This document shows, in pieces, positions 10,353 through 19,858 of a stretch of DNA of 64,000 nucleotides. The stretch is from a virus. The translations under genes were made by a program, and so were the position numbers. Each line of letters opens with the position of its first letter. Positions within the stretch are counted from its first letter, which is position 1. The DNA lies in the IMG/VR virus record IMGVR_UViG_3300050821_003452, positions 1-64,000 of that record; one strand, written 5' to 3'. The notes beneath the pieces are model-generated. The model was not told the origin of the DNA. It did no database searches and was given only the letters and a program-made list of their open reading frames with translations.

Positions 10353-10661
10353 TCAAAATGGAATTCCGTCTCCATCGTCACCATCATCGAATGGATCGAT
10401 TGGTTTCTTTGGTGCTTGCGGTGGCGCTTTCTTAGCAAACGGCGAGCCAGTCGCAGGGCCAGCAGTTGTCTTGAGGCTTCCGCCCGGGTTTTTCTTCTTG
10501 TCTTCCGATACCTGAAAGTAATTCACTCCGCTTCTTGCTGTTTTCGGCCACAGGGCAATCTCTGTCCTGACGCCATCGATTTCAATAAAGCCGGTAAATG
10601 CCGGCCCGGTCTGTTTGTCGTTCTCAAAGAACGCGCCCTTGACGCGAAAGTTATTCGGCAT
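10353..10661 (-). CDS. Putative single-stranded DNA-binding protein
   Basis: GAFFEND..P.FTG.IEIDG..IALW core and acidic DDGDGIPF SSB-type tail. Confidence 0.7.
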   Translation of the reverse strand: MPNNFRVKGAFFENDKQTGPAFTGFIEIDGVRTEIALWPKTARSGVNYFQVSEDKKKNPGGSLKTTAGPATGSPFAKKAPPQAPKKPIDPFDDGDDGDGIPF

Positions 10662-11529
10662 CTTTCTTCTCCAATTCCTTGCGCACCTTGATCAGAGCCA
10701 TGCTCATATTGGTATACATCTTTGCGGCGTATTCCTGCATGTTTTTTAGCGGGGCGATGTTGTTGGCCTCAAGCTCTTCCAGATCAATAAGGTGCGGCGC
10801 TTTGCGGGCCTGTTCCATGAACATCTGTCCCCACTTTAGCCAGTCATGATTGGAATTGTCAGCAAGAAATGGAACATTGATACTGTCCCCATTGAAGGGA
10901 ATATCCTTGGTCTCGATCTTGATTGAACCGCCGCTGGCCACCGTGGTTTTAATAGTTTTAATCGGGTCTGGTGCGGGAGGATTTGGTTTGCCGGCTTGCT
11001 GGATAGCCTGAACCTCATTGCCATCGGCGGCATTCCCGTCATCGTCTTCTTCAGCGGCAACACCAACGAGCGCAGCCAGCGCGTATCTTTTCATATAGGT
11101 CAGCGCAGAACCAAACTGCTGATTGGTTCCATCGGAGATAATCAGCGGCGTGACGCTGGAAATAAACTGGTTCTCAAAATGCAGCGAAGTGGTAAGATAG
11201 TAGAGCTTATCGTTGTTCTCGAACGTCAAAACCTGAGTGTATGCTATCCCGTTATCTGAGAGAGCCTTCTTGATGCCCTTGATGATCGCCGCCAAGGTCG
11301 CATATTTGAAATGATAAGCAGTGCCCAGACGCGGCTGTACCGTCACAGTTCTGTCGCGCTCGATATCGGGGATTTGCCCCTGCGCCTTGGCGAGGGCCAC
11401 CATCAGATTACTTATGTCCGCGCTTTGGCTTCTTATCTCCGCTATCGTCTTCGATAGCTCGGATTGAAACTCTGAGCGCTCGGTCTCGCTTGGCGACCAC
11501 TCCGTAGCCGGTACATACTCTTGCGTCAT
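10651..11529 (-). CDS. erf: Erf-family ssDNA annealing protein
   Basis: ALAKAQ, FKYATL, QQFGSALTYMKRYALAALVGVAAEEDDDGN Erf signature. Confidence 0.9.
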   Translation of the reverse strand: MTQEYVPATEWSPSETERSEFQSELSKTIAEIRSQSADISNLMVALAKAQGQIPDIERDRTVTVQPRLGTAYHFKYATLAAIIKGIKKALSDNGIAYTQVLTFENNDKLYYLTTSLHFENQFISSVTPLIISDGTNQQFGSALTYMKRYALAALVGVAAEEDDDGNAADGNEVQAIQQAGKPNPPAPDPIKTIKTTVASGGSIKIETKDIPFNGDSINVPFLADNSNHDWLKWGQMFMEQARKAPHLIDLEELEANNIAPLKNMQEYAAKMYTNMSMALIKVRKELEKKDAE

Positions 11530-12244
11530 TTGGAATTAAACCTCTCAATTTTTCTTCAGCATCATCATGTTTCTTTGCGGCTTCTTTATGGTTTAACCAC
11601 TCAAATGCCGCCGTAGCCCACAAGTTATTTCCCGTGAAATTATAGTCCTTGCCGGCAGTAATCTTCTCCAGAATTCTGGGCTCCAGAACCACCGGCTCCG
11701 TCATGTTCCAGACGTGCTCCATGAAGCGCAGAGCCCTTCCCATCAATTCATCAGCGTACTCTTTGTCGTAATCCACGATCTCTATTGTGGGCTGTTTGCC
11801 GCCTTGGATGACTGAGAAGGCGCACTGTCTGGTTTGTGTGCATTCCATCTGCCAGTGGCATTGAGGCATATATCTTTGTAGCACAACGTCAAACTTTTCG
11901 TATCCCGAGACGTGCTTGGCTTCGACGGGGCCATTAAGTACAGGATCGAAGCCGTCAAGAGTGGCAGCAGCCCAAAAATAATCAGGATGATTAACCACGG
12001 CGCCACGCCGATCCAGTGTTCTTTGTCGGGTTCGCTCGTACCAATCGAGGTTGAGTTTTTCCGTACACGATCCAAGTTGAACTGCCCAAACGTCATCAAG
12101 ATTTTCCTCTACGAATGCAGGATCGCCACATAGCTCACGCCACAACTGCATGATCTTGGTCTTGTCGCCCGTCATCAGACAGGCAACTTTGCTTGCGGTC
12201 AATTTGCCTTCGCGGGCTAATCTCTGTGCTTCTGTAAGGGCCAA
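11408..12244 (-). CDS. YqaJ/lambda-exonuclease-family nuclease
   Basis: R..KLTAS, AATLDG, VEAKH, Y.PQ..WQM motifs. Confidence 0.9.
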   Translation of the reverse strand: MALTEAQRLAREGKLTASKVACLMTGDKTKIMQLWRELCGDPAFVEENLDDVWAVQLGSCTEKLNLDWYERTRQRTLDRRGAVVNHPDYFWAAATLDGFDPVLNGPVEAKHVSGYEKFDVVLQRYMPQCHWQMECTQTRQCAFSVIQGGKQPTIEIVDYDKEYADELMGRALRFMEHVWNMTEPVVLEPRILEKITAGKDYNFTGNNLWATAAFEWLNHKEAAKKHDDAEEKLRGLIPNDARVCTGYGVVAKRDRALRVSIRAIEDDSGDKKPKRGHK

Positions 12245-12369
12245 GGTTCCGGTTCTTTCAGCGAATTCAGCAGGGCGATATAAGCGGCAACCGCTGGATG
12301 TTTTTCCAGTTCCCTGATTGCCTTTAGGACTTCATGCACATTAGGTTGGGTCTGTTGCAAGATGGCCAT
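12217..12369 (-). CDS. Hypothetical 50-aa protein (below ORF-track cutoff)
   Basis: GAGGAAGG RBS then MAILQQTQPNVHEVLKAIRELEKHP...; fills the gap between genes. Confidence 0.5.
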   Translation of the reverse strand: MAILQQTQPNVHEVLKAIRELEKHPAVAAYIALLNSLKEPEPWPLQKHRD

Positions 12370-12838
12370 GTTCCTTCCTCTCAAAAAACGGCTTCTTCTC
12401 GCGATCCCTGATCGTCAACAGAAACAGATATCCATAGACAAGAACCGAAACTGTCGAAGTGGCCTGAAGTATATCGAGCGTACATATTTCACCTATGAGG
12501 CCGCCAAACAAAAAGCCGTTGATTGTATGCCTCCATAATATCCCCTTCATAAAAGAAGCGATGCTGTTTATGGCCTTGCTGTTGCCTGCTCCCTGAAGCC
12601 AGTAACGATGCCCCAGAACCAAGAGGTTGATTACCCCAAAGAACATCATGAGGAAGATGATAACGCCGTTCCAGCTACTCCAATCCCGGAACAGAACCAC
12701 GTTGACATAAGCAAGAATAACAAGCTGGAGACTTGCCAGATACATTCCGGTACGATCAAGCAGCCAAAAATAGGCTGCCTGAAGCGTATCGATGATCCAT
12801 TGATCTACTGTAGCGAGCAGCGTGTTGATGCGGGCCAT
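12341..12838 (-). CDS. Membrane protein (about 4 TM)
   Basis: Several hydrophobic segments. Confidence 0.6.
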   Translation of the reverse strand: MARINTLLATVDQWIIDTLQAAYFWLLDRTGMYLASLQLVILAYVNVVLFRDWSSWNGVIIFLMMFFGVINLLVLGHRYWLQGAGNSKAINSIASFMKGILWRHTINGFLFGGLIGEICTLDILQATSTVSVLVYGYLFLLTIRDREKKPFFERKEHGHLATDPT

Positions 12839-13938
12839 TAGGAAGCCTTCTTGACGCGGCCAGTCTTGCCCTTGCCGTAGTATTCCATGCGGCGCAGCAC
12901 AAGATGACGCGAAGTCTGCTTGTTCTTGTTGATATGATCGATGATATGGCGACGGAGCAATTCACCCGCCGTAGCGCCAGCGCCGGCCAGACGAATAATT
13001 GTCGGGTCCTGCATCGGAAAGGACTTCAGCTTGCGCTTCATGTCGCCATCAATAACCAGTTTGTTACCATCCCAGAAATCTTCATGATCAGACAAGATGC
13101 CGGCAAACTGGATCAGGAAGTTGCCCTTGGTCTGGGTTGCGCGATCCTGATACTTGATGCCGCGCAAGCCCCAGATTTCATCAACGGCCTCAAACAGCAC
13201 GTTGATGTTATTCCGGAAGGTCTGAAGACCAACAGCAGCAACCGCGCGATCCATGGTGACAGGAAGATCGCCGCCAGCCGTGATATGACGGCCACCAGTC
13301 GTGGTATGCCTATGAAGGGTCATGCAGATTTTGCCGAATAGGAGCGCAGTGAGAAGCTCCCCACGGTGCATTTGCTGATCCCAGCAGACCTTGGCGTTAA
13401 GAGCAAAGTTGCGGTCATGCATGGTCAGCCCATAAAGCGTGGCCACACTATGATGATGGTTTCGCTTATTGCGAAGGATCACGCTCGGCGCCATGGCCTT
13501 GCGCTGAAGATTGAGAACAGTGAAAAGATCGTTCTCGCTGTCTCGCGTAGTAGAGAACCTGACTTCAGCGCCAATGCGGATTGAAGCGGCCTTGTCGGGA
13601 AAGTCAGTCGCGAATTTTCGCAGGGCCGAAATGCGCTGGAGGCCGTCAATAATGTATACATCGTTTTCCAGCAGCATATCATCGCCGCGTGAGGTATATT
13701 TCTCGCCCCGCATGCCCAACATGATATCTGGCAAGCGAGCGCCGGCTTCAACCCCTCTGCGCAGAGAGCTAACCTTGCCTCCACGGTTCTCCATAATCTC
13801 GCGCTGGTAGTCGCCAACGCGAAGGTTCTGAATGGCTTCCATATCAAGCCATCCATGGGCAACAATCTCTCCGTTCTTTTCATCCAGCCGGGATGACTGG
13901 AGACGAACGGAATTCATCTCTCGATCAGACTTGGCCAT
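12838..13938 (-). CDS. ParB/Srx-like (DGQHR-type) domain protein
   Basis: DYQRE...LPDIMLG...YIIDGLQRISAL motif. Confidence 0.6.
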   Translation of the reverse strand: MAKSDREMNSVRLQSSRLDEKNGEIVAHGWLDMEAIQNLRVGDYQREIMENRGGKVSSLRRGVEAGARLPDIMLGMRGEKYTSRGDDMLLENDVYIIDGLQRISALRKFATDFPDKAASIRIGAEVRFSTTRDSENDLFTVLNLQRKAMAPSVILRNKRNHHHSVATLYGLTMHDRNFALNAKVCWDQQMHRGELLTALLFGKICMTLHRHTTTGGRHITAGGDLPVTMDRAVAAVGLQTFRNNINVLFEAVDEIWGLRGIKYQDRATQTKGNFLIQFAGILSDHEDFWDGNKLVIDGDMKRKLKSFPMQDPTIIRLAGAGATAGELLRRHIIDHINKNKQTSRHLVLRRMEYYGKGKTGRVKKAS

Positions 13939-13988
13939 GAATTTCCCTCTTTCGACTATAGTTGCTCTCTATAAACGCCGATTATGGC

Positions 13989-14489
13989 TTATTTATAGCG
14001 ATACTCCGTATGAGCATTGTTGCGGATGCTGTGAAGAATTTTGGGCGCCTTGCGCTTCTTGATACCCCGACGCGAATTACGATTGGTCTTGTCTTTGCCG
14101 CCACCATGCTTGCCATGAGGCAACTCTGACTTGGAGAGCGGGTTGATCTTGTAGGAGCCCGGCTCAAAGTTGCCGCCGCGATCAAAGGAAACAATCTCGG
14201 TGCGCAGGGCGCCGGGGGTCTTGCCGCGAAGCCAGTATCTTTCTCCGACTTTAAGAAAGATGCGGCCAATGTGAATGCGAGCCTCGGTAATGTGTGGAAG
14301 ACGCCTTGCAGCCAAAGCCGCCGCACAACTTCCGGGCGCCTTGGTGCTCGCCTTGCGGCAATCCTCGCCGGTAATGTGAAGCATGATCGGCTTCTTGAGA
14401 TTACGAACTGGAAGACCCTCGATGCGAGCAAATTCTTGCGACTTGGTAGGCATGGATTTTTTCCTCTTTGGTGAAACTGCCTCACCCAT
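13989..14489 (-). CDS. Hypothetical basic protein
   Basis: ORF downstream of the leftward promoter. Confidence 0.55.
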   Translation of the reverse strand: MGEAVSPKRKKSMPTKSQEFARIEGLPVRNLKKPIMLHITGEDCRKASTKAPGSCAAALAARRLPHITEARIHIGRIFLKVGERYWLRGKTPGALRTEIVSFDRGGNFEPGSYKINPLSKSELPHGKHGGGKDKTNRNSRRGIKKRKAPKILHSIRNNAHTEYRYK

Positions 14490-14555
14490 TAACCCATCTT
14501 GGGATGCATGTCAAGCACAATTTGGGTTGACCTTCAAACTTTTTTCTGTTAAGAG
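14486..14555. promoter_or_regulatory. Back-to-back sigma70-type promoters with CCCA-N3-TGGG sites
   Basis: Minus: TTGACA(14514-14509)-17-TAATGG. Plus: TTGACC(14527)-17-TAAGAG. Palindromes at 14493-14503 and 14516-14526 (one mismatch). Confidence 0.6.
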
Positions 14556-14594
14556 TTTTTTCTGGCAAAAATTCAAACGTCAAGGAAAATCGAT

Positions 14595-14789
14595 ATGCGA
14601 CTTCGCGGTTGGATGGACAAGACCAATATCGATGTTCTGGGCGCCGCTAAGCTCTTTGGTGTATCGGTTCATGCAGTCAAGAAGTGGCTACGCGGTGATC
14701 GTATCCCAAGAGACAAGATGAAGGCTAAAATCAGCAAGCTTACGAAAGGTGCCGTTTCAGGCAATGATTGGGTTCCAAATGGCGATTGA
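14595..14789 (+). CDS. Cro-like helix-turn-helix regulator
   Basis: 64 aa; AAKLFGVSVHAVKKWLRGDRIP...I..LT.GAV..NDW. Confidence 0.8.
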   Translation: MRLRGWMDKTNIDVLGAAKLFGVSVHAVKKWLRGDRIPRDKMKAKISKLTKGAVSGNDWVPNGD

Positions 14790-15246
14790 TAACTGGACAG
14801 CAGAAGAGAAGAGCATCTTGATCGAACACTGGGATAGTAACAAATCGGCCCAAGAAATCTCCAATATGCTTGGCACCAAGAGCAGAAATGCGGTGATCGG
14901 GAAGGCTCACAGATTAGGCCTCGCCTCACGCAAGAAAGCTTCGCCGCCCCGGAACCCAACCAAGGTTCCGAAAGTTGCAAACGATAACACCGAACCCAAG
15001 ATGGCAAAGATCAGGACCATAAAGGCCAAGCCGCCTACCAAGCTCTCGGCAGAGGTTCCTCTTCCGACTGGTCAGCACCCTATTACCATCATGGAGCTAA
15101 CTTCCAACACTTGCCGGGCTATCGTGGGTCGCGGCTCCAATGGACTTGCTACATATTGTGGTGAGGAAGTGTTCCCCGGCAAGGTCTGGTGTCCCGGCCA
15201 TTGCGTGCTGTACTTCAATCATGAACCACGGCGGCGCTCGGCATGA
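14779..15246 (+). CDS. gcrA: GcrA cell-cycle regulator homolog
   Basis: WT.E....L..HW...SA.EI...LG..SRNAVIGKAHRLGL N-domain and IMELT..TCR..VG...YCG......WCPGH C-domain. Confidence 0.9.
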   Translation: MAIDNWTAEEKSILIEHWDSNKSAQEISNMLGTKSRNAVIGKAHRLGLASRKKASPPRNPTKVPKVANDNTEPKMAKIRTIKAKPPTKLSAEVPLPTGQHPITIMELTSNTCRAIVGRGSNGLATYCGEEVFPGKVWCPGHCVLYFNHEPRRRSA

Positions 15247-15413
15247 GTACCGGGTCGGTCTACGCTAAATATGAGCTTCCGGAACAAAATCCGGAAGCTC
15301 ACTTGATGTACCGGCCTGAGTTTAGTTTGGAGGAAATGGAAGCCGCTAGGCAGCTAATTAGTGCCTTGCGCCAAAGCCCACCTTGCGGACCTTCCCGCCC
15401 TGACCCTGATTGA
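15243..15413 (+). CDS. 56-aa peptide carrying the shared tag (PEFSLEEMEAARQLI)
   Basis: ATGA overlap with the gcrA stop; translated by hand, absent from ORF track. Confidence 0.55.
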   Translation: MSTGSVYAKYELPEQNPEAHLMYRPEFSLEEMEAARQLISALRQSPPCGPSRPDPD

Positions 15414-16482
15414 ATAGGTCGGCAATAGAGTAAGTGCCCTTCTCGATAGGAATAGGCACGCCGGCAACCTTGGCCGCCGCCTGAGCTTCATTCAGGTCCA
15501 ACTCGCGGGTCCTGATCACGCCATAACAGCGCCCCGGCCTTAAAAGCGCTTCGTCCACCCGGCCAAAGTCAGCGGACCCCAGATTGGTAGTAAACACCAG
15601 TTTCTTGTTGGGAAGCTTGATAAGCCCGTCACTGACAGAGAGAAATCTGGCCATCATCTTATTGCCGTCATCCCGCTCGGAAAGGATGGTATCGGCGTCT
15701 TCGATGACCATGATCTCGGAGTTATCGTTAAAGAGAAATCCCTGAAAAACGGCGTCTTTCTCCATGAGTTTTTCGTCATAGATCACATGGGCAGAAAGCT
15801 TATGATCTATGATCAGGTGCCTGAGAAGCGTGGTTTTCCCGGTGCCGGGAGGCCCCGCAAGAAGCAGGACGCTGGCATCGGAAGCCAGATATTTATCCAT
15901 GAAATCATAGGGGTCGCCAAGGTCCGGGTAATATTCCGGATGCAGTTTGGTCTTGTTTGGTGGAAAGTAAATATCGCGGGTTTCGGTGCCGTGGCGCCCC
16001 TCATACCACCATTTGACCTTGGCCATTTTCTCGTTGGCAAAGGCGCTCTCGATCTCCTGCTTGATATCCAGTGCCACGTCTTTCTCGGCATAGATATATG
16101 CCGTTATATCATGAACATCTTCGTTTTCTTCGCCATGGCGAGAGTTATTGTTGAGGATAACCAAGCGATCCGTACCCTCAATAACCACCAAGTTTGAATT
16201 AGGCATGGACAGGCGAGATTTATCTTCGCCCGCAATAACATGAACCTGATGATAGATATCGAGGGCCGAATTGGCTTTGCGCACCACGATCTTTGTGGTT
16301 TCTGAATAGATATTAAGCAAGGTGCGCGCGATGAATTGCTGGATGATCTGGTTCTCCAGCGACGTATCAACAACCGTCGCATGCTCCATCTGAAACGAAT
16401 TGGTCTTGTCCATTTTCTTGCCTCTTGCCTTCAGGCTCTTTGCTGCCCTAAAATCATCCCAGTGAGTATTCCAGTGTGACAT
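15358..16482 (-). CDS. AAA+ ATPase
   Basis: Walker A GPPGTGKT, Walker B VIEDAD, FTTN, DEALLRPGR; true start possibly 16413. Confidence 0.9.
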   Translation of the reverse strand: MSHWNTHWDDFRAAKSLKARGKKMDKTNSFQMEHATVVDTSLENQIIQQFIARTLLNIYSETTKIVVRKANSALDIYHQVHVIAGEDKSRLSMPNSNLVVIEGTDRLVILNNNSRHGEENEDVHDITAYIYAEKDVALDIKQEIESAFANEKMAKVKWWYEGRHGTETRDIYFPPNKTKLHPEYYPDLGDPYDFMDKYLASDASVLLLAGPPGTGKTTLLRHLIIDHKLSAHVIYDEKLMEKDAVFQGFLFNDNSEIMVIEDADTILSERDDGNKMMARFLSVSDGLIKLPNKKLVFTTNLGSADFGRVDEALLRPGRCYGVIRTRELDLNEAQAAAKVAGVPIPIEKGTYSIADLFNQGQGGKVRKVGFGARH

Positions 16483-16515
16483 TTCTAGACTGGATCAAAT
16501 CTTTAGGGCTAATTT

Positions 16516-16875
16516 ATGACTAAGATCACGATGCATCTTCCATTTCCTCCAAGCACAAATTCATTGTGGCGTTCAAGCAGAGGGCGCGTTCATCTTAGCG
16601 CTAAGTATAAAGCATGGTTGAATACAGCCGGCTACGAATGGATCGCACAAAAGAAACATCAGCCTAATGGAATATCCGGGCATTTCAAAGCCATTTTAAT
16701 ACTTAACGAAGATATGCGCAGTAGAAAAGATTGCGATAACCACGCGAAAGCGCCTCTTGACCTTGCCAAACAGCACGGATTGATCGTGGATGACAAACTT
16801 TGCGATGCAATTCTTATCAAGTGGGGCTCGCCAAAGAAAGCTCCATTAGGGGCCAGACTTGTTCTTAAGGGTTGA
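16516..16875 (+). CDS. rusA: RusA-like Holliday junction resolvase
   Basis: LPFPPSTN.LW, DCDNHAK..LD....G.IVDD motifs. Confidence 0.85.
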   Translation: MTKITMHLPFPPSTNSLWRSSRGRVHLSAKYKAWLNTAGYEWIAQKKHQPNGISGHFKAILILNEDMRSRKDCDNHAKAPLDLAKQHGLIVDDKLCDAILIKWGSPKKAPLGARLVLKG

Positions 16876-17148
16876 ATAGATTTCTTGCTCGAATAGAATA
16901 TTCTCCAATTCTGTTTTTGGCTCTTTATCTTTCGGTAAATATTCAAAAGTGTCCGAAAGATAATCCCCGTCCATTTGCCCGGCCCGAAATTCATTATCAT
17001 CCCATTTAACATGAACCAGCCAATCCTTCATATACTCCGACCAATAAGTTTGTTTTGTAATTATGGCTATGGCTCCAGCCCTTGCCGCCATCCCGCCCCG
17101 ATCTACAGGCATGAAAACCCTATCACCCATTTCAAATATTTTCTTCAT
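16846..17148 (-). CDS. SH3/KOW-like small protein with degenerate C-terminal tag
   Basis: FEMGDRV start; ELENILFEQEIY near the end. Confidence 0.6.
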   Translation of the reverse strand: MKKIFEMGDRVFMPVDRGGMAARAGAIAIITKQTYWSEYMKDWLVHVKWDDNEFRAGQMDGDYLSDTFEYLPKDKEPKTELENILFEQEIYSTLKNKSGP

Positions 17149-17480
17149 GACATACCCTCCAGTATTTCCATAGCCTGCATGGTTTCGTTATATTCTTCAT
17201 TTCCTACTTCTATCGGGGACGGTTCTTTGAATAATTCCACAAAATCTTGCCAATACTCGTTTTTATACTTTTTATCGGCCCATTCTACAGATGTAGCCCA
17301 ATAAGTTGGCGGCTCATTCGGTACGGCGAACGGACCTACACTATGGCCCTTGCGACTAACATTTTCAGGGCGCCATTTTCGATTGGCGGTAACAATTCCA
17401 ATGCCTTCGCGCTGGAGTTTATTTTGGGTATTATATACCCTGACCCTATCACCGATCTTGAATTTTGGTTCGTCGCTCAT
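17145..17480 (-). CDS. SH3/KOW-like small protein with C-terminal tag
   Basis: FKIGDRVRV start; EEYNETMQAMEILEGMS end. Confidence 0.7.
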   Translation of the reverse strand: MSDEPKFKIGDRVRVYNTQNKLQREGIGIVTANRKWRPENVSRKGHSVGPFAVPNEPPTYWATSVEWADKKYKNEYWQDFVELFKEPSPIEVGNEEYNETMQAMEILEGMS

Positions 17481-17737
17481 GGTTGCCCATTATGGGTATA
17501 ATCTTGTTGGTTTCAAGGCATTGACACACAAGCTGTAGAGGCTTGCCAGCAAGATCAGGATGTGATTGGATTTGGACTTCCGGGCCAATTGCCCGGTCCC
17601 CCCAAGAGGGAAAATAAAGGGGACCGGGCTTGAGGCTCAACACTAGTGCAGGAGCTTGCACCAATGGAACACGTCTGTTTTATAGACGCTATCTATAACA
17701 ATATCAAGACCGGCATGGTTCCAATTTGGGACCGGCC

Positions 17738-18406
17738 ATGACATCCACCGAAACTCTCATTCAAGAACTGGTTAATCTTGGGTGCCCCGCAGCACGGGCC
17801 TTCACCCTTGTCAGTGAGGCTAGAACGCAATGGGCCGCTGAACCAAAACAGCGCTCCCGGCACTCCCTCGCCCAGTCGAAATATTATTTCAAGCGGAAGG
17901 CTAAACGATCATCCGATGATCATCCGATGATCAGTGATGATCATCATGATCACTCAAAAGAAAGTCTCCATACCTCTAAAGAAAACATAGGTTATACATA
18001 TTCTGTTAACTCACTACGTTCGTTAACAGCACCGGAAGACGGTTGCGATCTGTTCAAAAAAGGTCTCCCGCTTCTATCTCAACTCACTGGAAACAAAAGC
18101 CATTCTTCATTGCGTTCACTGCTTGGGCGCTGGGTAAAGATGGTCGATGGCGATCATGTTCATGTTCTCGCCGCCATCGAAGACGCCGCCCGGGAACAGC
18201 CCATCGATCCAAGGGGCTGGATATTTGGCCGGCTCAACCAAATCGTTCGGGAACGCAATAAAAACAGGCCAGAAAGCTACCAGAAAAAGGAAAGCAACCA
18301 TGCCGTTCTTGCCGCTGTCGGAGCCAAAATCAGAGCCCTCTACCCCGAAGACCAACCCCAAGACGGCCCACCACTGGCTAACGCAGCTTTTCGGCTTATT
18401 CCCTGA
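17738..18406 (+). CDS. Putative replication initiator (lambda O-like organisation)
   Basis: Internal iterated DNA repeats, SLRS linker, C-terminal helical domain ending DPRGWI. Confidence 0.55.
   Translation: MTSTETLIQELVNLGCPAARAFTLVSEARTQWAAEPKQRSRHSLAQSKYYFKRKAKRSSDDHPMISDDHHDHSKESLHTSKENIGYTYSVNSLRSLTAPEDGCDLFKKGLPLLSQLTGNKSHSSLRSLLGRWVKMVDGDHVHVLAAIEDAAREQPIDPRGWIFGRLNQIVRERNKNRPESYQKKESNHAVLAAVGAKIRALYPEDQPQDGPPLANAAFRLIP
17907..18030 (+). repeat. Putative replication-origin iterons
   Basis: GATCATCCGAT x2, then GATCAGTGAT, GATCATCAT, GATCACTC; followed by an A-rich tract and a CTGTTAAC...GTTAACAG inverted repeat. Confidence 0.55.
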
Positions 18407-18899
18407 TACGGCGAACCTAAAATCTGAAATGGTTCAAGCCATGGTATTGATATTTTCTCAATATCCAGAAAGCACGCTCAAGGTTATTGTTAATCCTCTG
18501 GAAGGCCTCCCTTCTAAATTCAAGTTCTTGCCCGGCGTCATGGAATTTGGGGCGGCCTGCGCGGAAATCTCTGCTGCGGTTGAGTTGCAAAAGCAGAGAA
18601 TTGCCGACCATGAACGAAAGGTTTATTACCAAGCCCTGCCGGCCCCTGAGAGGCCCGCTGAGAAGGGTTGCTATGAGGGGCCTATCGAACTGGTCAAACC
18701 CGGGGATATCCTCTCATGGGAGCGCCATGCTGAATACAGGGCCTATATGGAAGCCAAACATGGTTTTGACCCCGGGCGGGCAGTAGACCCCAAGAACTGG
18801 ATGGATAGCGGTAGGCGCCCATTCGATACACTATCTGGCAAGCACAGTGCTAACCAAAATCAATCTACGGAAGAACCTAACCCCTTTGATATTTCCTAA
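18300..18899 (+). CDS. Putative replication accessory/helicase-loader-like protein
   Basis: Follows the initiator; F..YP.....NP..GLPSKFKFLP...E motif typical of such phage proteins. Confidence 0.45.
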   Translation: MPFLPLSEPKSEPSTPKTNPKTAHHWLTQLFGLFPDTANLKSEMVQAMVLIFSQYPESTLKVIVNPLEGLPSKFKFLPGVMEFGAACAEISAAVELQKQRIADHERKVYYQALPAPERPAEKGCYEGPIELVKPGDILSWERHAEYRAYMEAKHGFDPGRAVDPKNWMDSGRRPFDTLSGKHSANQNQSTEEPNPFDIS

Positions 18900-18904
18900 T
18901 AATC

Positions 18905-19180
18905 CTATCCCTCGATAAGCTGCCTTCCTAGTTCGATTTCCTCTAATGAGAAATCTGGCTCGACCATAGGATAGTCATTTTTTTCTGGAATAAGATCGTC
19001 TTCTGCATACCAAATTCTATCGATTGGAGGGGACATACCATCCCGGTTAACCAAAAAAATATCAGTACTGTCTTTTCTCTCTATTTTTTCAGTAATCTTG
19101 CCATGAATTTCATAATGCGGGGCATTGGAGTTATCTTCATATTCCCGCGTAACAATGACAACACGATCTCCCACCTTCAT
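18905..19180 (-). CDS. SH3/KOW-like small protein with C-terminal tag
   Basis: MKVGDRVVIV start; PDFSLEEIELGRQLIEG end. Confidence 0.7.
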   Translation of the reverse strand: MKVGDRVVIVTREYEDNSNAPHYEIHGKITEKIERKDSTDIFLVNRDGMSPPIDRIWYAEDDLIPEKNDYPMVEPDFSLEEIELGRQLIEG

Positions 19181-19554
19181 GTCATGTCCTCCATGATTTT
19201 CTGGGCTTGTTCTATTTCCGACAACTCAAAAGTATTGCCGGCGTTATTAGTATTTGTAACCATCTTTTTACGCTTGCGATAAAACGTGGATTTATGCATC
19301 CATGTTTCTGGTGTAAGGTCCCTTCCTGCGCCACTCATTTCAAGGCAATACAATGGGCCTTTCTGATAAAGGTCAAAAGGGTCAGAAGTGTCAAATCTGC
19401 CATATTTGTTTCGGCGTAACATCGCATAGTGCCCAAGATAATGGTCATTATGAAACTCTGGCACCCAGATATCATTGGCCTTATACAATGCCTTTATGAG
19501 CTTTATATCTCTCGGCAAAAATGGCCGGACGTGGTATTCTACTTTGTCAGACAC
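19177..19554 (-). CDS. Hypothetical protein with C-terminal tag
   Basis: FELSEIEQAQKIMEDMT end. Confidence 0.65.
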   Translation of the reverse strand: MSDKVEYHVRPFLPRDIKLIKALYKANDIWVPEFHNDHYLGHYAMLRRNKYGRFDTSDPFDLYQKGPLYCLEMSGAGRDLTPETWMHKSTFYRKRKKMVTNTNNAGNTFELSEIEQAQKIMEDMT

Positions 19555-19858
19555 CTTGCATTTCCTTTATGTAGAATTCTGCTAATTCCATATCGTCCAA
19601 GTCGAAGTCCGTTTCCATGACTTGCTGATAAGCCAGAGGCTCAACATGGGCCTCGCGAAACCAGAATTTGGGATACTCTCTTCTTCCTACGATTACCGGA
19701 TTGTCGAATTCAACCTGAAAATCATATCCAGCCGACGCTATAGCCCTGACAGTGCCGAATGGCTCTTTAGTGAAGAGCATAGGCAGATTACCATCGCCAT
19801 TCGCAGTAGGAACGGTTCTGATCAGAATTCTAACCCTATCACCTTCTTTGTAGGTCAT
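19547..19858 (-). CDS. SH3/KOW-like small protein with C-terminal tag
   Basis: YKEGDRVRI start; TDFDLDDMELAEFYIKEM end. Confidence 0.7.
   Translation of the reverse strand: MTYKEGDRVRILIRTVPTANGDGNLPMLFTKEPFGTVRAIASAGYDFQVEFDNPVIVGRREYPKFWFREAHVEPLAYQQVMETDFDLDDMELAEFYIKEMQGV

Noticed and set aside
14486-14789. Classical CI/Cro lysogeny switch
   Set aside because: The divergent leftward gene has no HTH or S24 features and no integrase lies in the window, so lifestyle cannot be called
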